From the human T2T-CHM13v2.0 reference genome, Homo sapiens: a stretch of 64,000 nucleotides of DNA. A program made the translations under genes and the position numbers. The notes under the pieces are model-generated. The model did not search any database. It saw nothing but the letters and a program-made list of their open reading frames with translations, and had not been told where the DNA came from. Numbering within the stretch: the stretch's first letter is position 1; the number at the start of each line of letters is the position of its first letter. Below are positions 1 through 17,343 of the stretch, one piece after another. Location: NCBI RefSeq assembly GCF_009914755.1, contig NC_060940.1. One strand, given 5' to 3'.

Positions 1-395
1 TCATTACCTCTAATCCTCTGAACTTTCTTTTTTGTTGTTGTTTTTTTGAGACGGAGTCTCGCTCTGTTGCCCAGGCTGGAGTGCAGTGGTGCACTCAGCT
101 CACTGCAAGCTCTGCCTCCCGGGTAGCTGGGACTACAGGCGCCCACCACCGCGCCCAGCTAATTTTTTGTATTTTCAGTAGAGACAGGGTTTCACCGTGT
201 TAGCCAGGATGGTCTCGATCTCCTGACCTCGTGATCTGCCCGTCTCAGCCTCCCAAAGTGCTGGGATTACAGGCGTGAGCCACTGCACCCGGCCAATCCT
301 CTGAACTTCCAAGGCACTCACCTATACAGTGAGGCTACGCCATAAGGCAGAAATGCTATCAGTGTATTTAACTTTAGAAAAGTGCCCACTCTAGG

Positions 396-880
<485 letters not shown>

Positions 881-1247
881 GACAGAAAAGTACCCCCTCT
901 ATATATATATCTATATCCTCCACAGGCCCAAGAGTTCAAGGACTTGCTGTAGTAAGAGCCTACTATGCACTATACATTCAATATCCACGATAATTGGGTA
1001 AACCTTTTCTGTAAGATCTTATCCAGTCTTCTAATCTTGTTTTAAGAGAATTCTCTTTTAAAATGTACTATAACCTTTCTAGTGGGAAATTAACAATTCA
1101 CAGGAAAAGAATGTAAACAATTTTTACCTGCACAGTAGACTAATCAACTTATGCCTGTGCAAGGCGTTAGTAAGAGGCATCCAGAATAAGAGGAGATACA
1201 AGTCTTTGGAAGGTGTATGTGATTGGTCCCCATTTTCCCAGCCTTAC

Positions 1248-1403
1248 CCTGTGATTTCCTCATGTCTTTGGTGGCTAAAGCACGACTGCCATGCTGAACA
1301 CTGGTGAACTCAGGGCTGGTCACATTGTTAACCCTCAGCTCTTGCCCCAACGACTTCCGACCATAAGTATTTTCCCCAGATCCTCCATTGACACTGTAGC
1401 CAC
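1248..1403 (-). pseudogene. SMG1P5: SMG1 duplicate, exon 3 (G-GYSVNGGSGENTYGRKSLGQELRVNNVTSPEFTSVQHGSRALATKDMRKSQ)
   Basis: Translation matches the recalled SMG1 N-terminus. 156 nt, tttgtag| acceptor and G|gtaagg donor. Paralog number inferred from adjacency to CD2BP2. Confidence 0.88.
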
Positions 1404-1982
1404 CTACAAACAGCAATGTGTACGTTATTTAAATATGATTGTTCGTTTCATTCAGTCAATTTCCTGATAGCTCAGGATCTTACTACTCAATCTGCAGCTC
1501 AACCAGCCTTTGCTTCTCCTACCTTTTTCCTGTACTGTCTGCCTTGAAAATCATTTTCATTTCTTTTAATACACCTTTGAAGTTAAATTAATTTTATTTT
1601 GATCCCTTCATTGGAAAATAAGCAAAGAAATGAAAACTAAATTAAATCAAATTTTGCACCTTAAAACTTTCTTGAAGTTTAGAGACAGTAGCCAAGAGGA
1701 ACTTCAACCTTAGCTAAATATTTTTGAAAATAAAAACAAAAATAGTATTGTATCTTTTTTGTAAGAAAACTGCATTGATGAATTATGTACGGAAAAATTT
1801 TAAATTTTAAAAATAATAAAGTGGATAAACGTCCTATGAAGTTTTCAGAAATAACACTGCATTTGTTATTCGTATTTTAAATATATTAGAAGAAAGCGAG
1901 AAAGTTGGGGGTGTAAGAAGGCAAGAAGGTGGGATAGGTAGGTTCAAAAAACATGCTTGTAGCAATAAGAAAATATATATAC

Positions 1983-2146
1983 CCTTTTCGTCATTCTGTA
2001 TGTCAGCGTGGACTCTGGTATCATCGTGCCTTTGCCGAGACACCACAGCTGAATTTGAAGGTTGCAGTCCGTAAGAGGAAGAACCACCTCTATCTCTGGA
2101 TGAAGAATATTTTAAATTACCTGGGTCAGCTGATGCACTATCAGTT
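1983..2146 (-). pseudogene. SMG1P5: SMG1 duplicate, exon 2 (R-TDSASADPGNLKYSSSRDRGGSSSYGLQPSNSAVVSRQRHDDTRVHADIQNDEK)
   Basis: 164 nt, tttttatag| acceptor and G|gtatat donor; phases fit exons 1 and 3. Confidence 0.88.
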
Positions 2147-4039
2147 CTATAAAAAGAGAAAAGTTTAAGATTAGAACTTTAAATAACATAAATAAATCTT
2201 TCTTTAAACAAGCCTCTCTTCTCCCAAATTTTACATTTAACCATTACTATTGTATTTAATGTAATATGTACTATATATTATATGTAAGCACTCAGCCGTC
2301 TAATAAGAAGTCTTTCACTGGGAAGAGATTCTCAATGGATGAAATGCCAACTTTTCAGTCTCTTCTACTGTTCTAAAGACCCATTCAGAAATACGAATAA
2401 CTACTGGGATTAGGGTGACTTTGCTGGTTTTAGCATTGAAAGCCTCCTGTCCCAGGCAAAACAGAACAATTGGTTACTCTGGTCCAGTGTTCTCCTCACA
2501 TGACTTGATAATAAGAATAATTCTTTCTAAATTCTCCCCCATGGAGAGGGTTAATCAGTCAAAACATTTCAGCCTTTCCTATCATAAAAATAAAAAACAC
2601 TGGCAGCATGTCAGGGACAGGCAATGTCTTACCAAGTTATTTTCTAAGTACTGATTAGGTACTGTAGTATTGAAGACCCCATTGAAGATGCCTTAATTGT
2701 AAAGGTAGCAATCAAAATTTTAAAAAGTAAAAAAGAAGACATTTTAAGAAAATAAAAGGTATCAGAAATGCAATAACGTTATATCGGAAAGTTGTAGTTC
2801 ATAATCTATTTAAAATTTAGGTACTGTTTAGAATAATACCTGATGCTTATTAGTAAACAAGTAGGGTACAGCCAAGGGTAAAAGTGTGTCCTCATCTAAG
2901 TATCTGCTCTACGCTTCAACTGCCTCATAAGTAAAACAGAGCTGAGTTACAAGACTTCTCACGAGTGTTACTCTTTCAGCCATCAATCATAAACTATTAA
3001 GAAAGAAGACAACAAAATAATCTGTTATAGCATATGAAAAATCCAAGTAAGTTCTTCCCCTACTGATTTTCTCCTGAGAGGAACAACTTTGAGGAAAAAA
3101 AAAAAGAAAATCACTTCTATGATATTTACTAAAAATGCTTTCTCAACCTTTTAGAACCTGAATCTTTTAGAAAAGTTTAGGACACTGGCAAGGCCAGAAA
3201 CTAACCTATTCCTCTACGCTTTGCCCCTCTATGGTGTAAAAGTGACAGCAGTGTTTGTATACTGTATATATTTCATTTAGAGTTTATTAGTCTTTCCTTG
3301 CTCCCAAAAATACTAAACATAAAACTTTGCATGAGCTCACTCAGTTGGACACCTTGATCTGCACTTACTGCAATCACTGTTAATACAGAATGCAGACAAT
3401 AGGTCCAATTAAACTTGGATATCTAACTGGTACAAGTCATTACTTATAAAGGATCTCAATCTGAAACTTCATGAAATTCAAAACCTAGCATACTAAAATG
3501 ACTACGGCTCCATAAGGAGTATCTTCTAATATTCAGAGTTCACTTATTCATAAAGCTAAGTACTTCGAACATAAGGGAAAATTAAATCTATGGAATTTCA
3601 AGAAAAATGTATGAGAATATTTTCTGAGTATACTAAGTCTATAAGCATTAAAATATTAACTCAATGGACCATAACTTTTTTAAACTAATGAAAAGACATT
3701 CCTTATGTACCTAAAAATAGCACATTTAACATGCGTCTATATAAATCATAGCATACCATTACTTTCTGAAAGGAGACTGAAATGTAAGAGAGCTTATAAT
3801 CTTTTCTGACAGGGTGTGAACTTTATATGTACGCCACAGTAAGCTCTTATTAGATGAGCAAATAAAATAAGCACTTGACTAATTCAGAAACACAAAGATA
3901 ACTGAAGTCTGCCAATATTTAAACATATCTTCACTTCCTGTTTTCATCATGTTTACTTATCTCCTATACTACCTTTACTATTAAGAGTTAAATGTTTGTA
4001 TCATTTTCTGGTGACACAGTAGTACCATAAGGCAGCAGA

Positions 4040-4215
4040 GAATACAAGTTAAAAAAAGATCTGGGCTCAAATCCCAGCTCCAGCACTGAAAAGTATGTGT
4101 GCCTTTGCACAAATTACTTGATCTCCAAGCCTTGGTTGTCTCTTGCATAAAATGAGGATGATACCTATCTAACATGTAAGGTTGTTGTGAGGCTTAAATA
4201 AGATAATGAATTATA
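4040..4215 (+). mobile_element. MIR SINE
   Basis: ctgggctcaaatcccagctcc...aaaatgaggatgata...gttgttgtgagg core. Similar MIRs at ~42255 and ~62070. Confidence 0.7.
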
Positions 4216-6798
4216 AAGAAACACTTAGTTTGCAGGGTATGTTAAAAGTTATTATGACCATAATACAAAATAAACTCAGTTTCCAGTCTAAAAGACAATG
4301 TACAAACAGTTCATGAGTATATGAATATAATCAAAACAAGTTTTTACAGTCAATATAGAGCAACTTAAATACTTCACTGAAGAAAGCAGGTAATCTGTGG
4401 CTACCAACAATGTGTTTCCAACTAGGAAGCATCTGATTTCAAACTAAACTGTAAAACCAGGAGCAGCTTCCCCATTGGTTAGAAATAAGGTTTCTAAATC
4501 CCCTAAGTTATGAACACTGAGATTTTTTTCCCAAAAAAATTTGTGTTTTCAGAAATATAACAAAAAAAACTGGAATAGAGCCACTGTCTCAGAAATACCT
4601 GAAAACTCCCTAGTTGCCAAATTATTTTAATACAAATTGATCAAAGCATCCCCAACCAGAACTCAGGTTGTAAGCATTCTGAACCGAAAAGCACAAAATG
4701 GTTTAACATTTATACGAAATTTCTATTTTTATACAATCTTGACTGCTTAGGTTTCAAAAAATGTCAATGTCAGGCTGTTAGCACCAACAAGATCATCCCA
4801 GTCCAATAAATAGAAAACTGTTAAAGAACGGAAATGAGCACTTAAAATGAGGCAATCAAAGCCACAAAATAGAAACTGCAGATATGAACTCCAAGAAGCA
4901 GGCATAAATGTTAGGCTAGTTAGTTAGAAGAGCTGAAAGGGATATCATCTGCCAGAATTAGTGTCTCAATTTAGTGAAAAAAGAAAATCTATCTGTTAAG
5001 TCTAAGAATCCTAGCAAAGATCCAAAAATACCTCTACAGCCCCTTTAATATTCTAAAAATATCATGGAGAGAAAAAAAAAGAAATGCATAAATTTCCCCA
5101 AAACGATCAAACTGAAGTTAAAGCCTGAGGTACATGCCACATGAGAGGTAAGTTTCTAAAGCTCATAACTCAAAAATCTCATACTGTATAACATGGAGCC
5201 TTTGTGATGTTTTGCATCAAGTCAATCTGTAAGACAGTAGTTATAATATTAGTGAAGACAGTGGGTTAAAACATTTGTTGTTCAAACATGGAGCAAATAT
5301 CATTCATGAGTTAGGTGACTTTAGTTGAACTATGGTCCCATTAGGGTTCATACATTAAAGCAAAAATTGAGGTGGAAAGCCACTCCGTGCCTTACAGGAT
5401 AAAGAGGCTTAATGTGGCAACCAAAAAATTTTTAGTACATAAGAGAATTTAAATGTTAACTATAATATACAAATCACATGCAAATATAGTTACCACTTAT
5501 TTTAGTTACCTACTCTCAATATACAGAAAAATGCCACAAATCTAGGAGGCCATTCGTTTCAAATGACCGGAATCCTTAGACCTCACACCAACGATCCACC
5601 ATGTGCTGGGGATGGTATCGCCTGACTAAATGTAGTCTTGCAGTCCATTCTTGTAAGTATTAGAGAGAAAAAGAGAGAGAGCGTCATCTCTGGAAAGTGT
5701 GAAGTCAGGGACTTCCCTACTAGGAAGCATTTCCATAAAGCACCCCAAAATGACTTGATGCAAACACCACACCTAGTGGTATCACTGGAGTAAGCATCAT
5801 ATTACTTCAAATTGCTTTTACCTAGGTTTATTAAGGGATTTTGCTCTCATGCTGAGATCTAATTTGTAATGGATATAAACCAGGAAATGAGATTTGCACT
5901 AAAGCCAATGAAGTAGGAATGTACTTATTCTCTAAAGTAGCAAAGATAGTCTCACTGTCACAGAGCAGTTATAGGATATGTTGCTTTCCATACTAATGGT
6001 TAATACCACTTGGAAATGATTTACCCTTCAAAAATAAATTCAAGGTTTTCCCCTGTAATGCCTCTTACCTGGATTCAAACATGCTTTAATGAGGAATAAG
6101 AGAAAGGGTGAAACTATGAATAACCCCGGGCCTTGTATCATTACATTAGAAACACTGCTCTAAATATGAGTCTATGGCTAAAATATTAATTTGAGAGGCT
6201 CAGGGAATTCATTATACAAATCTCTTCTTGCAGAGAACTTTAAGTTCAAATTTAATAAAACAAAACAGAACCATTCCACGTCAAAATTGTAAATGAGTAT
6301 GCATCAGTTTTGCAATACTGAAATATTAAATTAATATAATTTATTGGTAAAACTAGCTTAGCTACCTAAGTATTAAGTGTCTATAATAACCAAATCTTAA
6401 TTATCCATTTATGGGTGATTTGTTTCCTTTTTTGAGACAGGGTCTCACTCTGTCACCCAGGCTGGAGTGCACTGGCATGACCATAGCTCACTGCAGCCTC
6501 GACCTCATGGGTGCAGCCTCGACCTCATGGGTTCAGCCTCTCAAACAGCTGGGACCACAGGTGCATGCCACTCTATTTAGCTAATTTTTTATTTTTATGT
6601 TTTTTGGAGACAGGTGTCTGATTATGTTGCTCAGGCTGCTCTCAAATTCCTGGACTCAAGCAATCCTCCCACCTCAGCCTCCCAAAATGCTAGGATTAGA
6701 GGCATGAGTGACCACATCTGGACTGTCACCAATTTTTAACGGTTTGTCAACTAAACAGCCAATATAGACTGATAAAATATACTTAACTATTGTAAAAT

Positions 6799-7960
6799 TG
6801 TAAAGAATTGTATCTTCACCAAGGAGAGGTCTGGCTTTTACCTGTGAATTCTGGAAGGTAATTTCTAAACTCTTGAAATGTCAAACCTAATAAGAGAGTC
6901 CTGGCCAGGAGCAGTGGCTCACACCTGTAATCCCAGCACTTTGGGAGGCCAAGGCGGGCAGATCGCTTGAGGTCAGGATTTTGAGACCAGCCTGGCCAGC
7001 ATGGTGAAACCTGTCTCTACTAAAAATACAAAAATTAGCCAGGCATGGTGACGGGCACCTGTAATAATCCCAGCTACTCAGGAGGCTGAGGTTTCAGTAA
7101 GCTGAGATCATGCCACTGTACTCCAGCCTGGGCAACAGAGCAAGACTATCTCCAAAAAAAAGGGGGGGGGGGCGGCAGTGGGGGGAAAGTGTCCTTGTTC
7201 ATCTGGGGGCTTTAGGCCACAGCAGAGTCTAATAATGTGGCTTATGGTGGGGGCTTTGAGTCATATGGATCAGCTTGACCTCCAGTGGGGCTGGAGACTA
7301 AGGTTAGCCACATGGGCATGCAACCATGGAACCCCAGTAAAAACGCTGGACATAAAAAATAGAGTGAGCTTCCTTGGTTGGCAATAATCCATGAGTATGG
7401 TCGCACACCAGTGCCACCAGGAAGGTGTCATTTTTCACAACTCTACAGGGACAGGACAATTCAAAACTCCAACATTTGGAACTTCCCCGAACTCTGCCCT
7501 ATGCACCTCTACCCTTGGCTCATTCTAATCTGAATCCCTAAACTGCAATAAACTCTAACCATGGGTATGAGAGCTTTCAATGAGTTCTGGTGAGTCCTCC
7601 TGGCAAATCATCCAACCTAAGAGTGGTCTTGGCCAGGCACAGTGACTCAAGCCTGTAATCCCAGCACTTCGGGAGGCCCAGGCAGGCGGATCACTTGAGC
7701 TCAGGAGTTTGAGACCAGCCTGGCAATATGGTGAAACTGTCTCTAAAAAATATAGAAAAACTAGCCAGGCGAGGTGGTGTGTGCCCATAGATCCAGCAAC
7801 TCAGGTGGCTGAGGTAGGAGGACTGCCTGAACCTGGGAGGGAGGAGGTCAGGGCGCAGTGAGCCGTGATCATGCCACTGCACTCTCGCCTGGGTGACAGA
7901 GAGAGGCCCTGTCTCAAAAAAAAAAAGAGTGGTCTTGGGAACCCCCAAACTTGCAACTAG
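6799..7960 (+). mobile_element. MER21-like ERV LTR interrupted by two Alus
   Basis: aataaactctaaccatgggtatgagagc...gagttctggtgagtcctcctggcaaatcatccaacctaagagtggtcttgg. The inner Alu has TSD aagagtggtcttgg. Confidence 0.6.
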
Positions 7961-9160
7961 TATTAGAAGCAAGGGTCATCTTATGGACTGGACTCCCTCT
8001 TACTCTGCATTCATATTTAAAACCATTAAATATACTGTAGCTCAAAAAAAGTTGCTTGTTTGTTTTGAAAAAGGGTCTCCCACTGTCGCCCAGGCTAGAG
8101 TGCAGTGGCGCAATCCGAGCTCAAGCAAACCTCCCACATCAGCCTCCCAAGTAGCTGAGACCACAGGCTTACTCCACCATGCCCAGCAACTTTTGTATTT
8201 TTTTTGTCCCATTCTCTACAACATTCCCAAAATGCTGCCCAAGCTGGTCTCACACTCCTGAGCTCAAGTGATCCACTCACCTCAGCCTCCCAAAGGGTTG
8301 GGATTACAGGCATAAGCCACTGCACCCGGCCATAAATTTTGTTTTTTAATAACATTTCTAGCAAACATGATAAAGATTTGGCTTCAGTGTTGCTTATTTT
8401 CCTTCCAAGGAACCTCTAATATTCTCTATGTTCAGAACTCCAATCAAATTAGCCAGAAAGAGCAAACGAAGCCAATAAATCCAGGAGGGCAATAGATCTG
8501 ATTTTAACCCTTGTTTCACATGCACAATTGTCTTCAGAGAAAAGCTGAAGAAAGTACCCCCTCACCTCCATGCCCCAATGCTCCTTTTCTCTGACTTCAA
8601 GTGGGCCTCTGATGCTGCCCACACTTCCCTCATCAGGTTTCTTTCCTTTCCAAAACATCTGTAAAACTTTCTGCACCTTCTTCCTTCTCCCACCACTACC
8701 AGTGGATGACCTTATAGATTTCTGCTCCATGAGAAATAGAAGCCATTTGACAGCACCCTCAGCAAGAGCTAACATTTTAGCTCCTAACAAGAGCTAGTGG
8801 GCAACTGATCCAAGCAGTTTACATATGTTTATCATGTCATTTCGTGTTCAACACAATCCTATTAGTTATAACTTGATAACTAAGGTTTCATAACTGGCCT
8901 AAGGTTGCACAGCTTGTAAAAGGCAGAGTCAGAACTCAGACCCAGTACTGTCTAATGTTTGAGCTCTTCAACACTCCAACGCTGCCTGTCATCTTCCTTC
9001 TAATATATCCACAAATTCACCTGCATCTGCACATACAGCTTTTCTTCCCATCATCTTCGCATAATGGAACAAATAAACCTCCTATCCATAGAAATCATCT
9101 GGATCTGTCTATTCCCCCCATTTTCCAAGGTATGTCTTGTCTTTTTTTTTTGAGATGTAG

Positions 9161-9304
<144 letters not shown>

Positions 9305-9657
9305 TAGTAGAGACGGGGTTTCACCATGTTAGCCAGGATGGTCTCGATCTCCTGACCTCGTGATCTGCCCACCTTGGCCTCCCCAAAGTGCTGGGATTAC
9401 AGGCTTGAGCCACTGCACCCGGCCTGTTTCTTTTGTATGTTGCAAAATCTCCCATTTTACTACTGCTTATCACATCGTCAACATATGAGCACTCTCAAAA
9501 GTCTTACTTTAAAAAAAACAAAAACAAAAACAAAAAATGGCCGGGCACGGTGGCTCACGCCTGTAATCCCAGCACTTTGGGAGGCGAAGACAGGCAGATC
9601 ATAAGGTCAGGAGATTGAGACCACCCTGGCCAACATGGTGAAACCCCGTCTCTACTA

Positions 9658-9831
<174 letters not shown>

Positions 9832-9915
9832 CTAAAGGCCGGGTGCAGTGGCTCACGCTGGTAATCCCAGCACTTTGGGAGGCCAAGGTGGGTGGATCAT
9901 GAGGTCAGGAGTTCA

Positions 9916-10176
<261 letters not shown>

Positions 10177-10179
10177 TCA

Positions 10180-10497
<318 letters not shown>

Positions 10498-12282
10498 CTA
10501 ATAGCCTGGACTCTTCACAGACAAACCTGTTGAAAAATGTATCTTCCTTGCCTTCATTTACTTTTTAACGCACTTTAATCTGGGTTCCACCTGCAACACA
10601 CCACTGAAGCTATTCCTACTAAGGTAGGAACTGCCACTCAAGGACTTCTTGGCTCTAAAATCCCATGAGCCTTTTTCAGTTCACCTTACAATTTCTCAGT
10701 ACCATTCTAAAGTTTATGAGTTTTTTAGTTAACTTTAATTCCAGTGACTCTTTCTACTTTATCCCAATCCAAGTATTCTCCTCCTTCTTCACTTTTTTTT
10801 TTTTTTTTTTTTTTTTTTTGAGACAGACTCTGACTTTGTTGCCCAGGCTGGAGTATAGTGGTGCAATACTGGCTCACTGCAACCTCCACCTCCAGGTTCA
10901 AGCGATTCTCCTGCCTCAGCCTCCCAAGTAGCTGAGATTACAGGCCCCTGCTACCACACCCGGCTAATTTTTGTATTTTTAGTAGAGACGGGGTTTCACC
11001 ATGTTGGCCAGGCTGGTCTCGAACTCCTGACCTCAAGGGATCCCACCCGCCTCGGCCTCCCAAAGTGCTGGAATTACAGGCGTGAGCCAACGTGCCCGGC
11101 CCCTTCTTCACTTCTTTAACCAGCTTAGATTTCATTGTGTGTCATTTCAACAACACTCTTGCCTATACCCTTAACTCTTAAGATTTTCATCACAGCCATC
11201 TGGCAAAACCCCAATCCTGGATAAACCCAACGATCCATCAATAAGCACCACACTCCCAGGTCCTCCAGTGTTTACTTCCCATTCTATACATGCACTATCC
11301 AGACATTCCCATTATCTTCAAATTCCAAAATATCCTATCCACCTCCCCTCCCCATACACACATTCTACTTCACCAACAAAAAAAAAGGTACCAGCTGGGC
11401 ACGGTGGCTCACGCCTGTAATCCCTGCACTTTGGGAGGCCAAGCCGGGTGGATCACTTGATGTCAGGAGTTGGACACCAGCCTGGCCAAAATGGTGAAAC
11501 CTCATCTCTACTAAAAATACAAAAATTAGCTGGGTGTGGTGGTGCGCACCTGTAATCTCAGCTCCACGGGAGACTGAGGCAGGAGAATCGCTTGAACCCA
11601 GGAGGTGGAGGTTGCAGCGAGCCAAGACTGCACCACTGCACTCCAGAGCCTGGGCAATAATAAGAGCGAAACTCCATCTCGGGGAGGGGTGGGGAAGATA
11701 CCATAAAATACCTGCACCCGATTCTAGACCTTACTGAGGATTCCATCTACTTCTACCTTACTGTAACTTTTCAAATACTTTTCCCACTGAACTAAATCCC
11801 CCCCATAAACATGCAACACTTTCTAATGTATCCCATTGAAAAATGCAAAAACATATAAAAAGGAAAAACTCCATCAATCCCACATGTCCCTCCATCGAAC
11901 AATCTGCCTTTACTTGCTGCAGCCAAACTAAAGTTGTCTAGACTCCCCTCTCCCATTTCTTCACTTCTTCTAGCTCCTTAACACACACTGGTCCAAATTC
12001 TGCCCCATCACTCTTGGCAAAATCCATTATGACCTCCAGGCTGCTAAATCCAAGATACAGTTCAGGCCTCAATCTGCTCATCCTTTCAGCAGCTTTCACA
12101 GGGCTGCTGAGTAGGGTTGAGCAGTTTTGCCCTGCACACAGGTGCCCTGCAGAGGAATGAGGTGGGCTGAATGAAACTCCTTTTTTAAAAATTCTTGGCT
12201 GGCATAGTGGCTCACGCCTGTAATCCCAGCACTTTGGGAGGCTGAGGCGGACGGATCACTTGAGGTCAGGAGTTCAAGATCA

Positions 12283-12548
<266 letters not shown>

Positions 12549-13307
12549 TTATTTATTTATTTATTTATTTATTTTTTAATTAGGTCTCACTCTATGTTGC
12601 CCACGTTGTAGTGCAGTGTGTGATTACAGCTCACTGCAGCCTTGAACTCCTGGGCTCAAGAGATCCTCTGGTCTTAGCCTCCCCAGTAGCTAGAACTACA
12701 GGTATGGAGTGGCTCTCTGCCTTTATTTCTAACCCAAGCTACCTTACAACCTTAAAAAGAGATGCTGCTTCGCCGGGCACAGTTGCTCTCGCCTATACTC
12801 CCAGCACTTTGGGAGGCCAAGGCGGGCGGATCATGAGGTCAGGAGTTCGAGACCAGCCTGACCAACATGGTGAAACCCTGCCTCTACTAAAAATACACAA
12901 AAACTTAGCCAGGCCTGGTGGTGTGGTGCCTGTAGTCCCAGCTACTCAGGAGGCTGAGGCAGGAGAATCATTTGAACCCGGGAGACAGAGGTTGTAGTGA
13001 GCCGGAGGTTGTAGTGAAGCCGGAGGTTGTAGTGAGCCGAGATCACGCCGCTGCATTCCCACCTGGGCGACAGAACAAGACTCCAAAAAAAAAAAAAAAA
13101 AAAGAGAGACCCTACTTCAGCTCTCAATTGCATCGCTTATCTTCCCCTTTTGTCAGTTAAGTCCTGGAAGTACCCTAGAAACCTATCATCTGGCCTGGGA
13201 AATTGCCAAGATTAAAAGGAAATGTCTTACTCTATGACCTCTTTAACAGATGAAGGACAAAAAAGGCTGAAAATGTACAAAGATATGCATCCCTCCCCCA
13301 CCAGTTA

Positions 13308-13655
<348 letters not shown>

Positions 13656-13956
13656 TCACTAAGAGTTACATTGCACCACTGCACACCAGCCTAGGTGACA
13701 GAGCGAGACTCCGTTTTAAAAAAAAAAAAAAGAGTTACACACTGCAGAAATCTAAAGAATCTCAAAAGTAGACTGGGACTTTATAATCAAGGTAAAGGTG
13801 AAGTCATGTTTACCAATATAAGAAATGAATGGGCCAGGCGCAGTGGCTCACACCCGTAATCCCAGCACTTTGGGAGGCCGAGGCGGGAGGATCACAAGGT
13901 CAGGAGATCGAGACCATCCTGGCTAACACAGTGAAACCCCGTCTCTACTAAAACTA

Positions 13957-14169
<213 letters not shown>

Positions 14170-14428
14170 TCAGATAATAACTGTAGTTATTCTGATAAAG
14201 TTCCTTTAGCCAACAGGTTGAAGCACATTCCCAGCGAATAACATGTTTATAAGATTTTCTAACAATTGCATATGTTAAATCTTCTCTTTAAAAATAATCC
14301 TGGCCAGGCGCGGTGGCTCACACCTGTAATCCCAGCACTTTAGGAGGCCGACGCAGGTGGATCACTTCAGGTCAAGAGTTCAAGATCAGCCTGACCAACA
14401 TGGAGAAACCCTGTCTCTACTAAAACTA

Positions 14429-14581
<153 letters not shown>

Positions 14582-15335
14582 TCAAAAACAGGAAAAAAAT
14601 AAAATAAAATAAATAAAAATAAAAATAATCCTAGGCCAAGCTGGCTGCAGTAGCTCACACCTGTAATCCCAGCTACTCAAGAGGCTGAAACAGGAGGATC
14701 ACTTGAGCCCAGGAGTTTGAGACCAGCCTGGGCAACACAGTCAGACTGTGTCTCTAAAGAAAAAAATCGTCATCATCCTAGGCCAGTCCAGACAACATAG
14801 CAAGACCTCCAACTCTAAAAGAAAATGAAATAAAAAATTTTAAAAGTCAATTTAATTAGAGGTCTCAAGTAATTCCAGAAGATATGGTCTCACAAATCAA
14901 ATACTGAAAAAGGAAGACGCCTTTCAAGATAATCACACTATTATTTTAACTGCAGGAAAATGTATTAAATGAAGACAGCTTTTGCTAGCTGCTGAAACAT
15001 ACTAGTAAGAACAGGAAACGATGCTCCCACCATGCTCAGCAGTAGCCAGAAATTTACTGAGGTCTTTGTATTTAGCCTTAAGTATAAGACACCTAGGAAA
15101 CTTCAAAATCATCACTTAAGCCACTTTAAACCCACAGTCTATACAAACCCTATCTTTTTCTTTTGTTACATTTTATACTAAACACACTTTAATCAGATTG
15201 ACATAAGTGATTTAAAAGAAGTAACTTTTATAATTCCCTTTTACAAGAAAAAAAGAAACAATGTTTCCAGATACTAAGTTCCTTAAGAGACAGCAATCAT
15301 TTATTATAGATTTACAGTACTACAATTTCAAATAG

Positions 15336-15449
<114 letters not shown>

Positions 15450-16525
15450 TAGAAACTCATGACACCATGTCCAGTTATTTTTTTTTTTTTTTTTGAGACA
15501 GAGTCTTGCTCTGTCACCCAGGCTGGAGTGCAGTGGTGTGATCTTGGCTCACTGCAACCTCTGCCTCCTGGGTTCAAGCAATTCTCCTGCCTCAGCCCCC
15601 AAATAGCTGGGATTACAGGCATGCACTACCATGCCCAGCTAATTTTTGTATTTTCAGTAGAGACGGAGTTTCACCAGGTTGGTCAGGCTGGTCTCGAATT
15701 CCTGATCTCGGTGATCTGACAGCCTCAGCCTCCCAAAGTGCTGGGATTACAGGTGTAAGCCACCATGCCCAGCCAATTTTTTTATTTTTTGTAGAAACGA
15801 GGTCTCACTATGTTACCCAGGCTGGTCTCCAACTCCTGGGCTCAAGTGATCCACCCACCTCCCTGTCTTGGTCTCCCAAAGCACCACCATGCCTGGCCCA
15901 AAATCTTGTAATTGCTTAATACTGTATATACATTCTTATAATGATATGATATTTCCCATCTTTGTTTAGAAGATGCGTGTGGTTCTTCTCCACCCCCTCA
16001 AGTACTTAAAACTATCACATTGGCAGAGTACAACTAAATGTTTCTGGCATCCTCCCTCCTCCCATTAAAAAAAAAATTAAAATAAAAATATGTATATACA
16101 CACCCATACACACTACACCAGAGGGAAAAAAGCAACTCATCGTTCAACTGGTGTTCTTATAAGAATCAGTTCTTAAATTCCAACTGTGTAGTAAAAGGTA
16201 AGCAAGCTATAAGCTACCTTTTAACCTACCCTTTCTCTATATACATTCCATTTACATTGTACTTGCCCTCCAATCTATGCAAACAGTCACAAAGATTAGA
16301 TTATGTTTGCTGGCTTATCATTTCAACTAGTAACAAATTCTTAAGGTGTGAATACAAGATATGGAGAAAAAATGATGATGCAGAGCTATGCTGAAATTTC
16401 TTATCGTTCAACTTGAAATAGGTTTACAGCCTAATGGGACTATACTAGAAAGTGTAGAAAGAGGGCAGGCACGGTGGCTCACACCTGTAATCCCAGCACT
16501 TTGGGAGACAGAGGTGAATGGATCA

Positions 16526-16851
<326 letters not shown>

Positions 16852-17136
16852 TCACTGGAACAGTTTTAAAAATAATTTCCTGAACTTTAACCCTCCCAAC
16901 GTCTTCAAAAGGCAAAAATTACCCCCTCAGAGGGACACAGCTGGTAGTGCCAATACAGAAGATCTTTGTCTTCCCATTCTTAGTCCATAGCTTTTTTCAT
17001 GACACCAGCCTCTCCTAAGATAAATATCTGTGAAGGATCAACTTTTTAAAATACACACATTCTAGCTGGGCACGGTGGCTCACATCTGTAATCCCAGAAC
17101 TTTGGGAGGCTGAGGCGGACGTATCACCTGAGGTCA

Positions 17137-17343
<207 letters not shown>

